This document shows positions 7,616 to 17,896 of a DNA stretch of 20,000 bases, in pieces. Within the stretch, counting starts at the first letter, position 1. Each line of letters opens with the position of its first letter. The notes under the pieces are model-generated. The model made no database searches. It saw only the letters and a list, made by a program, of their open reading frames with translations, and was not told where the DNA came from. The DNA comes from Chiloscyllium plagiosum (taxonomy: Eukaryota), in the NCBI RefSeq assembly GCF_004010195.1, contig NC_057750.1, positions 2,331,732 to 2,351,731 on the forward strand, given 5' to 3'. A program made the position numbers and the translations under genes.

Positions 7616-10015
7616 ATGGCCCTTTCCGTCGCTAAACCTTTTCTGGATGTGGATGTGGTGATTTTGGAAGTTTTGCAAAAGGTGAATGATGCCAAGCTGG
7701 AAGAATTAGCAGAGAAGCTGGAATTGGAACTGCCCGCTTCTGTGAGGAAGGGAGGGATAATTACAGCAGTAGCTCAGTATTTAAACCTGCTGGAGAAACC
7801 ATCAGAATCTACAGAGATGGCAAGGATTCAATTGCAAATAAAGCAGCTTGAGTTAGAGGCGAGAGATAAGGAGAGGGCAGCAGGAATGGAACAGTTTGAG
7901 TTACGATTAAAAGCGGAAGAGAAAAAGAGAGAGCAGCACAACAGAGAGAAAAGAGAGAGCTTTTGAACTTTAAAAACTGACACTTAAAAAGGAAAGTCAG
8001 CTGAAAAGGTGCGAGATAAAGGCTGAGGGTAGGCTTAGTGTGGAAGAGAGGAGGGTGAGCAAGCCCCTGGTCATCAGAACCTAGCGCAAAACTGTTAAAA
8101 TACGTTCAAACATTGCCTAGAGTTGATGAGAAGGATGTGGAAGCCTTTTTCATCTCATTTTAAAAGGGGGCTAAACAAATGTAGTGGCCAATGGTAATGT
8201 GGGTTTTGTTGATCCAAACTAAACTTGTAGGTAGGGCTCGTCAAGTATTCACATCCCTATCAGAGGAGGTATCCGGGGAGTATGAGGAAGTGAAAAAGCC
8301 ATTTTAAATGCATATGAGCTTATGCCAGAAACCTATTGACAATGTTTCAGAATTCTAAGGAGGGACCCTGGTCAAACCTATATTGAGTTTGAAAGGATCA
8401 AACAGAGTAATTTCGATAGATGGATAAGTGCTTTAAAAATTGAGCAAGTCTATGATGCCCTGAGGGAGGTGATTATTTTGGAAGAATTCAAAAATTCACC
8501 ACCTGAAGTAATGCAAACTCATGTGGAAGAGCAGAGAGTTAAAACAGCGAGGTTAGTAGCTGAAGGGGCTGATGATTATGAGCTGGTCCATAAAACTCGG
8601 TTTGGCTTCCAGAATCAATGTCAGTCCCTGAGGGATAGAAACTGGGGCAGAGAGAAATCCTCACGGGGAAAGGGAAAGGTAGATCTCAGTGAAGATCGCA
8701 AGGATAACTCCCCACAGGGTAAAAAAGAAACCCTTGAGGGGGACAAAGAAGTTAAAAAGCTCCAGTGTTTTCATTGTAATAAAGTGGGCCACACAAAATC
8801 ACAGCGTTGGTGGGCTAGGAGAAAGCCAGGTGTAGGAAAACCAGACAGGCCTGGGATTTTTGTTGGACTAGTAACAAAACGCACAAGGGAAGTTAGACAA
8901 CTACCTCAGAGTGTACAAGATGATCAGAGATTGGTTATGGGCATTTAAACAGGCATTGGATAGGCATATGGAGGATAGTGGGATAGTGTAGGTTAGGTGG
9001 GCTTGGATCGGCGCAACATCGAGGGCCAAAGGGCCTGTACTGCGCTTTTTTTTTCTATGTTCTATGTTCTAAGGAGCAAGTGCCAGATCTGCTTAAAAAA
9101 TGCACATGCAAGGGTAAAGTTTATTCACAGAAGCCAGGAGCAGTAGGTAAGGAGGTTACAATATTAAGGGACACAGGATCCTCTCAGTCTGTAATGCTGA
9201 AGGATGAGGAGATATGTACTCCTGAGGGAATATTGCCAGAAAGATACCGGTATCAGGAATTCATGGTGAGACAAAAAGTACTCAGTTATGTAACGTGAGG
9301 CTAGAGAGTCCAGAGAAGAGTGAAGAATCTGTGGTGGGAGTATTGGACAAACTCGCAACTCCAGGAATACAGTTTGTCATTGCAAATGATTTATCTGATT
9401 CACCAGTAGGTGTGCTGCCTACTCTAGTTGAAAAGCCATTGGAAATGCAGGAAACTGAAGGATATTTATCCAGGAATTTTCCTTGATTATGTAATCACAA
9501 GATCACAGAGGCACAAGCTGAAGCAGGAGAGATCAAAAGGCACAGATAAGGAAGCTAACATAGTGTTATCTGAGACTTTTCTCGATCAGACAAGTGGAAC
9601 AGAGAAGGAGGAAATAGGTAAACATGCCAGTATCTTTAGCTCTGCTAAGCTGATTGAATTACACCAGGAAGATGAGGAGTTAAAACAGTTATATCAAAAG
9701 GCATTAACAGAGAAGGAAAGTGAATGCATTCCTGTGTTTTGTTACTTAACAAATGATGTCTTAATGAGGAAATGGAGATGAGAAATGGGCAGATGAGAAA
9801 TGGGCAGAGATTCATCAAATTGTTTTGCCAGTAGGGTATAGAAAGGAGGTGCTGCGAGTGGCACATGAACTACCACTTGGAGGTCATTTAGGGGTGAGGA
9901 AAACGCAGGCTAAAATACAAAGACATTTTCACTGGCCTGGACTACACAAGGATGGAGTTGAATTTTGCCAGACGCATCATACATGTCAGCTAATTGGAAA
10001 ACCCCAGGCAGTAAT
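7616..10015 (+). pseudogene. Disrupted gag-protease-integrase polyprotein of a Gmr1-like Ty3/gypsy element
   Basis: Gag with coiled coil; SCAN-like block ~8325-8580; knuckle CFHCNKVGHTKSQR; protease ILRDTGSSQS (DTG 9170-9178); integrase Zn domain AHELPLGGHLG...CQTHHTC; several stops and frameshifts; truncated by the gap. Confidence 0.9.
8938..9071 (+). mobile_element. Short CR1 3' fragment inserted between gag and protease
   Basis: 'gcatttaaacaggcattggataggcatatg...gagggccaaagggcctgtactgcgc' with a (TTCTATG)n tail; excision restores the frame DQRLV-KEQVPDLLK. Confidence 0.85.
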
Positions 10016-10515
10016 NNNNNNNNNNNNNNNNNNNNNNNNNNNNNNNNNNNNNNNNNNNNNNNNNNNNNNNNNNNNNNNNNNNNNNNNNNNNNNNNNNNNN
10101 NNNNNNNNNNNNNNNNNNNNNNNNNNNNNNNNNNNNNNNNNNNNNNNNNNNNNNNNNNNNNNNNNNNNNNNNNNNNNNNNNNNNNNNNNNNNNNNNNNNN
10201 NNNNNNNNNNNNNNNNNNNNNNNNNNNNNNNNNNNNNNNNNNNNNNNNNNNNNNNNNNNNNNNNNNNNNNNNNNNNNNNNNNNNNNNNNNNNNNNNNNNN
10301 NNNNNNNNNNNNNNNNNNNNNNNNNNNNNNNNNNNNNNNNNNNNNNNNNNNNNNNNNNNNNNNNNNNNNNNNNNNNNNNNNNNNNNNNNNNNNNNNNNNN
10401 NNNNNNNNNNNNNNNNNNNNNNNNNNNNNNNNNNNNNNNNNNNNNNNNNNNNNNNNNNNNNNNNNNNNNNNNNNNNNNNNNNNNNNNNNNNNNNNNNNNN
10501 NNNNNNNNNNNNNNN
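10016..10515. other. Assembly gap (500 N)
   Basis: N run. Confidence 1.
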
Positions 10516-10832
10516 CCTGGGGTGGGGGAGTTCAGAACTAGAAGGTTTAGGTTTAGGGTGAGAGGGGAAAGATATAAAAAGGACCTAAGGGGCAATTTTT
10601 CCACACAGAGGGTGGTACGTGTATGGAATGAGCTGCCAGAGGAAGTGGTGGAGGCTGGTACAATTGCAACATTTAAAAGGCTTCTGGATGGGGACATGAA
10701 TAGATAGGGTTTGGAGGGAGATGGGCCGGGTGCTGGCAAATGGGACAAGATTAACTTAGGATATCTGGTCAGCCTGGATGGGTTGGACCGAAAGGTCTGT
10801 TTCCGTACTGTACATCTCTGTGACTCGATGAC
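10516..10832 (+). mobile_element. CR1/HER1 LINE 3' end
   Basis: GEFRTRRFRFRVRGERYKKDLRGNFSTQRVVRVWNELPEEVVEAGTIATFKR plus 3' UTR and tail. Confidence 0.9.
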
Positions 10833-10944
10833 CAGTATGTCAATGAGCAGGGGACAGGCTTGTCTCAATCCGCAAGGGAAATGCATCAAAGTCATAAAAG
10901 GCCGAACTGGAAACAAAGCTGCTTTCCCTTAAATAAAGGGAAAA

Positions 10945-11090
10945 TTCTGCAGCTGCTGCAACTCTAAAGTAAAAACCGAGAAACTCAGCAGGTCTGGCAG
11001 CATCTGCAGAGAGAGAGACAGAGAGAGAGACAGAGAGAGAGACAGAGAGAGAGAGAGAGTTAACGTTTCGGGTCCAGTGACTGCTTCCAT
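10945..11090 (-). mobile_element. Penelope-like short element with internal (GA)n expansion and decayed hammerhead
   Basis: Minus strand reads ...gtcactggacccGAAACGTTAAC(tc)n...cagatgctgccagacctgctgagtttctc. Confidence 0.6.
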
Positions 11091-11104
11091 TTGTGTGGTC
11101 GGAT

Positions 11105-11180
11105 TCTCTCTCTCTCTCTCTCTCTTTCTCTCTTTCTTTCTCTCTTTTTCACCATTGAACCACTCTCTTTCTCTCTGTTT
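11105..11180. repeat. (TC)n/(TTTC)n microsatellite
   Basis: Directly visible. Confidence 0.85.
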
Positions 11181-11507
11181 CCCATCATCCTTTACAGATG
11201 TGCCTTCTACTTTCTCTGTTGTATTTCCTGCTGCTCCCTCTCTCAGGCCATCCCCCCCCCACTGTGCCGAGTGACGTATGAAATGGAAAAACACAGTCAC
11301 GGGTGAAATGCTGAACTCTACAAAGTTGTGAGCCATTGGCAGCTGTGTGGCCTGCAGTCAACTCTGAGACCAACAGAAGCTTTGAGTCCTGAGCACTGAT
11401 GTCACATCTTACAGTTGGACAACAACATTTGGGGTTGGTGGGGTGAGAGAGTTGGGGGGGGGGGGCATGGCTGAGGCAGAATGTAGTGCTTAATTTAGCC
11501 CACCCCC

Positions 11508-11690
11508 ATCTCTCTCTCTCTCTGTTGCTCTCTGTCTCTCTCTTTGCCTCTCTCTGTCTGTCTCTGTCTCTCTCTTTGACTGTGTCTCTGTCTCTATCTC
11601 TCTCTCTGTTGCTCTCTGTCTCTCTCTTTGACTCTCTCTCTCTGTTTCTCTCTCTCTCTCTCTCTGTTTCTCTCTCTCTCTCTCTCTCTT
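11508..11690. repeat. (TC)n/(TCTG)n compound microsatellite
   Basis: Directly visible. Confidence 0.95.
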
Positions 11691-12209
11691 TGTTAAATGA
11701 AAGACAATCTCAGAGTGTGAGTTCTGAGGACTGAGCCAAAATGAAAGTTCCCACGGTCTGACTGAGTAATCTCCTCCTCTCAGTTTCATACTGTGACTAA
11801 AAAAGGACAATGCAAATCATTGGATTTTACTCTATAAGGCAGGCTCTGACCTGAAATATAAAATTATTTCAACCTGACAATGATTTAATGTGACCATTTT
11901 CTCATGGAGGCCAGATACTTGGCATTTCCAGTGTGAGACCGGGAGGTATTTTACTTATTGTTTGATCAATGTCCTGCGTTCTGATTATTTATAGCCAGTT
12001 AAATTCAGGAAGTTCAGGAATACAACAGTGTGGTCAGTTAATATCCACAGCAGAGGAGCTGTACACTCTCTGCTCTTCACCTGAATGGGAGGCGGGTGTC
12101 ACTGAGGGATCAGCAGTTAATGCCCAACCTGGTTTGTAAGTTCCTTCTAGAGCCGCTGTCTTGCTTTGGGGAGAGGGATGATTCTGTTGGGGAGGGGGTT
12201 CCTAGGTCT

Positions 12210-12640
12210 TGATCCTGTGACAAAGCTGCTTTGTCCCTGGATGGTGTTGAACTTCTTGAGTGTTTGTTGGAGCTGCCCCCACCCAGGGCACGAGGGGAGT
12301 ATTCCCTCACACTCCTGACTTGTGCCTTGGAGATGGTGGACAGGCTTTGGGGAGGTCAGGAGGGGAGTTACTCGCTGCAGGATTCCCAGCCTCTGACCTG
12401 CTCTTGTAGCCACAGTGTTTATGTGGTGAGTCCAGTTCAGTTCCCAGTCAATGGTAGCCTCCTGGGAGGGGGTCAGTTAGCTCAGTTGGCTGGTTGGCTG
12501 GTTTGTAATTCAGAATGAAGCCAACAGCGTGGGTTCAATTCCCAGACACTGGGTGAGGTTACCCTGAAAGAGTCTACTTCCCAACCTCTCCCCTCGCCTG
12601 AGGCACAGTGACCCCCAGGTTAAACTGCTTCCCTCCAGTT

Positions 12641-12681
<41 letters not shown>

Positions 12682-12777
12682 AATGAAAAAATGGGACTAG
12701 GATCCAGTCAAACTTTACCTTTCCCTCTCAGGATGTTGACAGGGGGTTTAGTGATGGTGGTGCCATTGAATGTCAAG
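12210..12777 (-). mobile_element. LINE (CR1/L2-group) ORF2 post-RT fragment, split by a SINE
   Basis: Frameshifted AGQRLGILQRVTPLLT / REYSP / TLKKFNTIQ; resumes at ~12723 'caggatgttga...gccattgaatgtcaag'. Confidence 0.75.
12464..12722 (+). mobile_element. tRNA-derived SINE nested in LINE fragment
   Basis: A box 'tagctcagttgg', B box 'gggttcaattccc', internal (CT)n, tail 'actttaccttt'. Confidence 0.75.
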
Positions 12778-12804
12778 TGTCAATAGTTAGATTCTCACTT
12801 ACAG

Positions 12805-13347
12805 TAATAGACTCATAGCACGGAAACAGACCCTTCAGCCCATCCAGTCCACGCCAACATAATCCCAAACTAAAGTAGTCCCACCTGTCTGCTCCTGGCC
12901 CATCTCCCTCCAAACCTTTCCTATTCATGAACTTATCCAAATGTCTTTTAGACCTTGTAACTGTCCCCACATCCACCACTTCCTCAGGAAGGTCATTCCA
13001 CACACGAGCCACCCTCCGGGTAAAAACGTTGCCCCTCGTATCCTTTTTAAATCTTTCTCCTTGTGTCTTAAAAATATGCCCCCTAGTTCTGGACTCCCCC
13101 ATCCCAGGCAACAGGCCCTTGTCTATTTACCCTCTCCTTGCCCCTCATGGTTTTATAAACCTCTATAAGGTCACTCCCTCAGCCTCCCACACTCCAGGGA
13201 AAAATGACCCACTCTATCTTCATAACTCAAACCCTCCATTCCCACAACATCCTGGTAAATCTGTTCTGAATCCTCTCCTGTTTAATAATCTCCTTCCTAT
13301 GGCAGGGTGACTGGAACTGCATACAGTCGTCCAGGAGAGGCCTCACC
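12805..13347 (-). mobile_element. CR1/HER1 LINE 3' fragment
   Basis: ORF 12773-13111(-) GESRTRGHIFK...VFTRRVARVWNDLPEEVV; extends to reverse 'gaggcctct...tgcagttccagtcaccc'. Confidence 0.9.
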
Positions 13348-13487
13348 TGTTGGAGATCTGCCTCTAACTTGTTAATCTAACGGAGAGATGGCGGAAGTTT
13401 ATAATAAATATCCCATTAGGTCATACACTTTGTATTAGAGGAGGGGAGGCTGGCATTTTGCCAAATAACCCACTGCGGATACCTTAT

Positions 13488-14735
13488 AACCAGCCTGACT
13501 GACCACTGACCAGGCTTACTGCTTTATTCCTGATGAAGAGCTTTTGCCCGAAACATTGATTTCGAAGCTCCTTGGATGCTGCCTGAACTGCTGTGCTCTT
13601 CCAGCACCACTAATCCAGACACTGACCAGGCTTACTGACCAGCCTGACTGACCACTGACCGGCCTTAGTGACCACTGACCGGCCTTAGTGACCACTAACC
13701 AATCTTACTGACCACTGACCGACCTTACTGACCATTGACTGGCCTTACTGACCACTGACCGGCCTTACTGACTACTGACCAGCCTTAGTGACCACTGACC
13801 AGCCTTACTGACCACTGGCTGGCCTTACTGACCACTGACCAGCCTTACTGACTACTGACTGGCCTACGTGACCACTGACCGGCCTTAGTGACCGCTGACT
13901 GGCCTTACTGACCACCAATTGGCCTTACTGACCACTGACCAGCCTTACTGACCACTGACCAGCCTTACTGACTACTGACTGGCCTAAGTGACCACTGACC
14001 AGCCTTAGTGACCGCTGACTGGCCTTACTGACCACCAATTGGCCTTACTGACTACTGACTGGCCTTACTGACCACTGACCGGCCTAAGTGACCACTCACC
14101 GGCCTTAGTGACCGCTGACTGGCCTTACTGACCACCAATTGGCCTTACTGACTACTGACTGGCCTTACTGACTACTGACCGGCCTAAGTGACCACTCACC
14201 GGCCTTAGTGACTGCTGACTGGCCTTACTGACCACCGATTGGCCTTACTGACTACTGACTGGCCTAAGTGACCACTGACCAGCCTAAGTGACCACTGACC
14301 GGCCTTAGTGACCGCTGACCAGCCTTACTGACTACTGACCAGCCTTAGTGACTGCTGACCGGCCTTACTGACCACTGGCTGGCCTTACTGACCACTGACC
14401 AGCCTTACTGACTACTGACTGGCCTAAGTGACCACTGACCGGCCTTAGTGACTGCTGACTGGCCTTACTGACCACCAATTGGCCTTACTGACCACTGACC
14501 AGCCTTACTGACCACTGACCAGCCTTACTGACTACTGACTGGCCTACGTGACCACTGACCGGCCTTAGTGACCGCTGACTGGCCTTACTGACCACCGATT
14601 GGCCTTACTGACTACTGACTGGCCTTACTGACCACTGACCAGCCTTGGTGACCACTGACTGGCTATAGGAATAAGCCTCAGTAACCATTGACTGATCTTA
14701 GTGACCACTGACTGTCCTTAGTAACCACTGACCAG
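13488..14735. repeat. 20-bp minisatellite, consensus ACCACTGACCGGCCTTACTG (~55 units)
   Basis: Strict 20-nt register from 13651 to ~14660, degenerate at both edges. Confidence 0.97.
13522..13619 (+). mobile_element. Penelope-like short insertion carrying a minimal hammerhead ribozyme motif
   Basis: CTGATGA (13530-13536), aGAGC-TTTT-GCCC, GAAAC (13550-13554); flanked by 18-bp direct repeat cactgaccaggcttactg (13504-13521, 13620-13637). Confidence 0.75.
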
Positions 14736-14794
14736 TTTTAGCAACAGCGGTATTTTCCAAGATGACCATTGTTGGTATCTTGTATTTGCCACCG

Positions 14795-14872
14795 GTGTGT
14801 GTGTGTGTGTATGTGTGTATGTATCTGTCTGTGTGTGTCTGTGTCTATGTCTGTGTCTATGTCTATGTATGT
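14795..14872. repeat. (TG)n/(TGTCTA)n microsatellite
   Basis: Directly visible. Confidence 0.9.
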
Positions 14873-15130
14873 GGAATGGCTATATAGATGCAGGTTGTTG
14901 TTGTTGGAGGGAAACCGAGAACCGGCCGGAGAATCGGAGAAGGAGTGAGTGGGGAAGAGATCGAAATTGTGAGGGAATGTCCGGCGTTGGCCCACTGACC
15001 ATGTGATCAGCCTTGAGCCAGAGTGGGCCAAACAGGAAACCCCAGCTGTACTGTACCATGGGCAATGGTGGTGGGGGAGGGGGGTGCAGTTTGTTTCATT
15101 TCTTCAACAAACCTTGGTGAGACTTTAGAG

Positions 15131-15419
15131 CAGAGCTGGGGAACCTTTTCGTGTCGGAAGGCCGCATTATGTTAGTTGTAATCTAATAAGGCCACATCCA
15201 AGAAACTTCAATTATATATCCTTCAAAATTCACACTATTTTGTAAAAATCTAACTACTAATTTTCTTTTACTCTCTGGTGTTTTAAATACATTCATTTTA
15301 AGATTAAAACAAAAATAATAAAGGACGAAAAAACATATTAATAAAAAAAAAGATTTGTTCTGCAAAATTTGGATTCATTCAAAAGGCCTAGCCTTAAGGC
15401 CGCAGGTTTCCCACCCCTG
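15131..15419. mobile_element. Non-autonomous hAT (Charlie-type) MITE, 289 bp
   Basis: TIRs CAGAGCTGGGGAACCT / AGGTTTCCCACCCCTG; perfect 8-bp TSD CTTTAGAG at 15123-15130 and 15420-15427. Confidence 0.92.
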
Positions 15420-15551
15420 CTTTAGAGCTTTCAGTGAGGGGGTGGGGGAGGTGGGGGGAATCAGGGGTTGGGATTTCCCTGACCAGAAATTGGCCGTGTT
15501 TGGGTACGGGTTCTGTCTGTGGAGTTGGCTCTGGATCTAACCCCATGGACA

Positions 15552-15695
15552 CTAGAACACAGAACAATGCAGTGCAGAACAGGCCCTTCGGCCCTCGATG
15601 TTGCGCCGATCTGTGAACTAATCTAAGCCTATCCCCCTACACCATCCGGTCATCATCCATGTTCTTATTCAAGGACTGTTTAAATCTCAGTAATG
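15552..15695 (-). mobile_element. CR1 3' end (same subfamily as 8938-9071)
   Basis: 'caggcccttcggccctcgatgttgcgccgatc' is the reverse complement of 9007-9038. Confidence 0.8.
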
Positions 15696-16124
15696 CTTCC
15701 ATAGTTTCTCTCAGCCTCTCAAAAACGACAATGTCTGGAGATAAATTGAGAAATAAACATAAATGGTCACAATTCTCGTCCGATTCCCGAGGAGCCAATG
15801 GGGCATTTAGGAGCACACCCTGGATGCAGTTTATTATCACAATCCCCCCTTTGATAGAATACACTGAAACACTTCAAATAATTCAGCCTTAGAATTAGAG
15901 TTAGCTTTATTGTCACATGTATTCAAGTACAAAATCCAATAGTACAGAGCGCTCAATGGGGGACATTTTGAATCAGAGCGTCAGGAGTAAAGCAGTAATT
16001 TATGTTAAAACGTACATAGAAAGATGGGTATTGTGAGTAATTAATCAATCCCAAGTTTTATTTTAAAACATTCTGTTGGAAAACTTCTGTATTGTGAATG
16101 TCTGGTGGTAACTGTGACTTTGGG

Positions 16125-16274
16125 AGATATTTGGTTAAGTACGCGAATAGGAAAGTTTTGGAGGGATGTGGGTCAGGAGCAGGCAGCTGGTGCTAGTTTA
16201 GTTTGGGGTTATGGTCAGCACGGACTGGTTGGGCCGAAGGGTCTGTTTCCATGCTGTATGATTCTATGACTCTA
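16125..16274 (+). mobile_element. CR1 3' end
   Basis: 'gggccgaagggtctgtttccatgctgtatgattctatgactcta'. Confidence 0.8.
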
Positions 16275-16395
16275 AGTCCCAGTGACAATGGACTCACGGC
16301 CGGATTGAGGGAGTGCTGCAGTGTCTGGGGTACCGTCGGTGGGATCTTGCGGTGCTGAGCTTGGCTGCTGTGCTTCCCCGCGTGGCGACAATGAT
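16275..16395 (+). mobile_element. Internally deleted DeuSINE fragment
   Basis: 'tgagggagtgctgcagtgtc...gtaccgtc' joined directly to 'gtgggatcttgc...ttggctgc'. Confidence 0.5.
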
Positions 16396-16516
16396 TACCC
16401 TTCGAGGGAGGGGTCTGTTGGCAGTGTTCCGTGACCGTGGGGAGGCCGAGTGGAGTAGTGAGGGAGAGGCTGCTGGCTCCCTGTTTAGTGGAAGGATTCT
16501 GAGTTAGAAATTGACT

Positions 16517-16621
16517 GTGGGAAGTGCAGGGTTACAGGGACAGGGTGAGGATGCTCTTCGGAGGGTCGGTGTGGACTCAATGGGCCGAATGGGCTACTTC
16601 CACACTGTCGGGATTTTATGA
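16517..16621 (+). mobile_element. HE1-like SINE 3' part
   Basis: 'gcagggttacagggacaggg' (as at 6159-6178), then 'gatgctcttcggagggtcggtgtggact...gggccgaatgg'. Confidence 0.7.
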
Positions 16622-16819
16622 GCAGGAGCAAGTGTGACTGGGAGGGGTGGCACGCAGGGGGAGTAGAAAGTCCTTTGGGATTGAGAATGAGAAGGTGAGG
16701 GGTCAGGCATCATGTTCAAACAAGACTTCCAAAGGGAGGATGATTCAGAGAGATAATTGCCTCACTCTGTAATAATTGTCTGATTTCGTTGAGAGTTTTA
16801 CTAAACATGTGCTCCCAGG

Positions 16820-17098
16820 GTGTGGGTGTCGCTCCAGAATTTACTGGGCAGAGATTGGTCAGATGTCAGCCATATTACTGTTATATATCGGCCAGATCCG
16901 GTGAGGATGGCAGATTGCCCTCCCTAACGGGAATCCGTGGAGCAGTTGGGGGATTCTCATATTTTATGAGAGTGGGGTGTATGGAAACCAGATTGTTCTT
17001 CGACTTTAATTTCACTGTCTCTGAGTGTGGGATTGGAACTGATACCTCCAGAACAGTAACCTGGGATAGCTAACTCAGCAATATTCCCACCATTGTAG
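16820..17098 (-). mobile_element. Degenerate SINE (family of 5128-5480)
   Basis: 'ggccagatccggtgaggatggcagattgccctccctaa' core and 'gggattggaac' B-box remnant. Confidence 0.55.
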
Positions 17099-17181
17099 CT
17101 GGTACAAATATGGAATTACAAACCCTTCCAATCCAGTGAATATCAGCGATGTGAGATGGAGTCCCATTAACCCACTCTCTC

Positions 17182-17625
17182 AGTACGGCAGCTGCTCTGC
17201 CCAGGACGGTAAGAAACGACAGAGAGCTGTGAACACAACCCAGTCCATCGCACAAACCAACCTCCCATCCACTGGCTCTGTCTACACTTCCCACTGTCTC
17301 GGGAAAGGAACCTACATCATCAAAGACCCCGTCCCACCCCCGGTTATAATCGCTCCCACCCTCTTCCATTGGGCAGAGGATACAAAGACTCAAACACACG
17401 GGCCGACAGGTTCATGAACAGCCTCTCCCCTGCTGTTGTTAGGCTGCTGGATGGAGCTCTCAAATTTAATGTTGATCTCATTCTTTCAGGTGCATTCTCT
17501 CCAGCTGTGATATTGTATTCCTCACTCTGTTGTATTATCTTAGTGGCCTTCGATCTGTCCGTACTGTACACGAAACAGAACTTTTCACCTGGTACATGTG
17601 ACAGTAACACATCAAACCAAAGCAT
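17182..17625 (+). mobile_element. Rex1/Babar-type LINE 3' end
   Basis: YGSCSAQDGKKRQRAVNTTQSI...LPS...IIKDP then GRGYK..NTRADRFMNSLSPAVVRLL, the typical Rex1/Babar C-terminus; tail 'tacatgtgacagtaac'. Confidence 0.75.
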
Positions 17626-17896
17626 TTAACCTGAGGGTAACCAGTGTAAGATAATAGGACCAGAATTAGGCCATTACGTTTCTCAACCCCCCCCCCCCCA
17701 CTTCCCTTGAAGTCCTTACTAACTGAGAAACAATTTGTCATAAATACACTCTATGAGTCAGCCTCTACAGTGATACCTCAGGTAAGGATAGAGGATGAGA
17801 AGGGAAATCCTTTCCACTAATGTGAGGATTGATCGTGTCCTGTTCCATCACCCTATATCACAATCCAACTGGCCAGCCAACTGAACTAACAACTCT

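Noticed and set aside
9776..9805. 15-bp tandem agatgagaaatgggc as a recoding signal
   Set aside because: More simply a local duplication/deletion lesion in a dead element with many other disruptions
9825..10916. Long ORFs of 198-308 aa
   Set aside because: They read through 500 N; only the integrase start and CR1 end are real
10929..11810. SL/ER-rich ORFs (also 3092-3383 and 14738-15031)
   Set aside because: Translations of microsatellites
13488..14735. CRISPR-like array or repeat-coded protein
   Set aside because: Units are contiguous with no unique spacers, there are no cas genes, and the context is eukaryotic; the 20-bp period puts stops in all frames
16517..16621. Missing 3' half of the HE1 SINE split at 6180
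   Set aside because: It overlaps sequence already present before the LTR and has no adjacent LTR, so it is an independent copy
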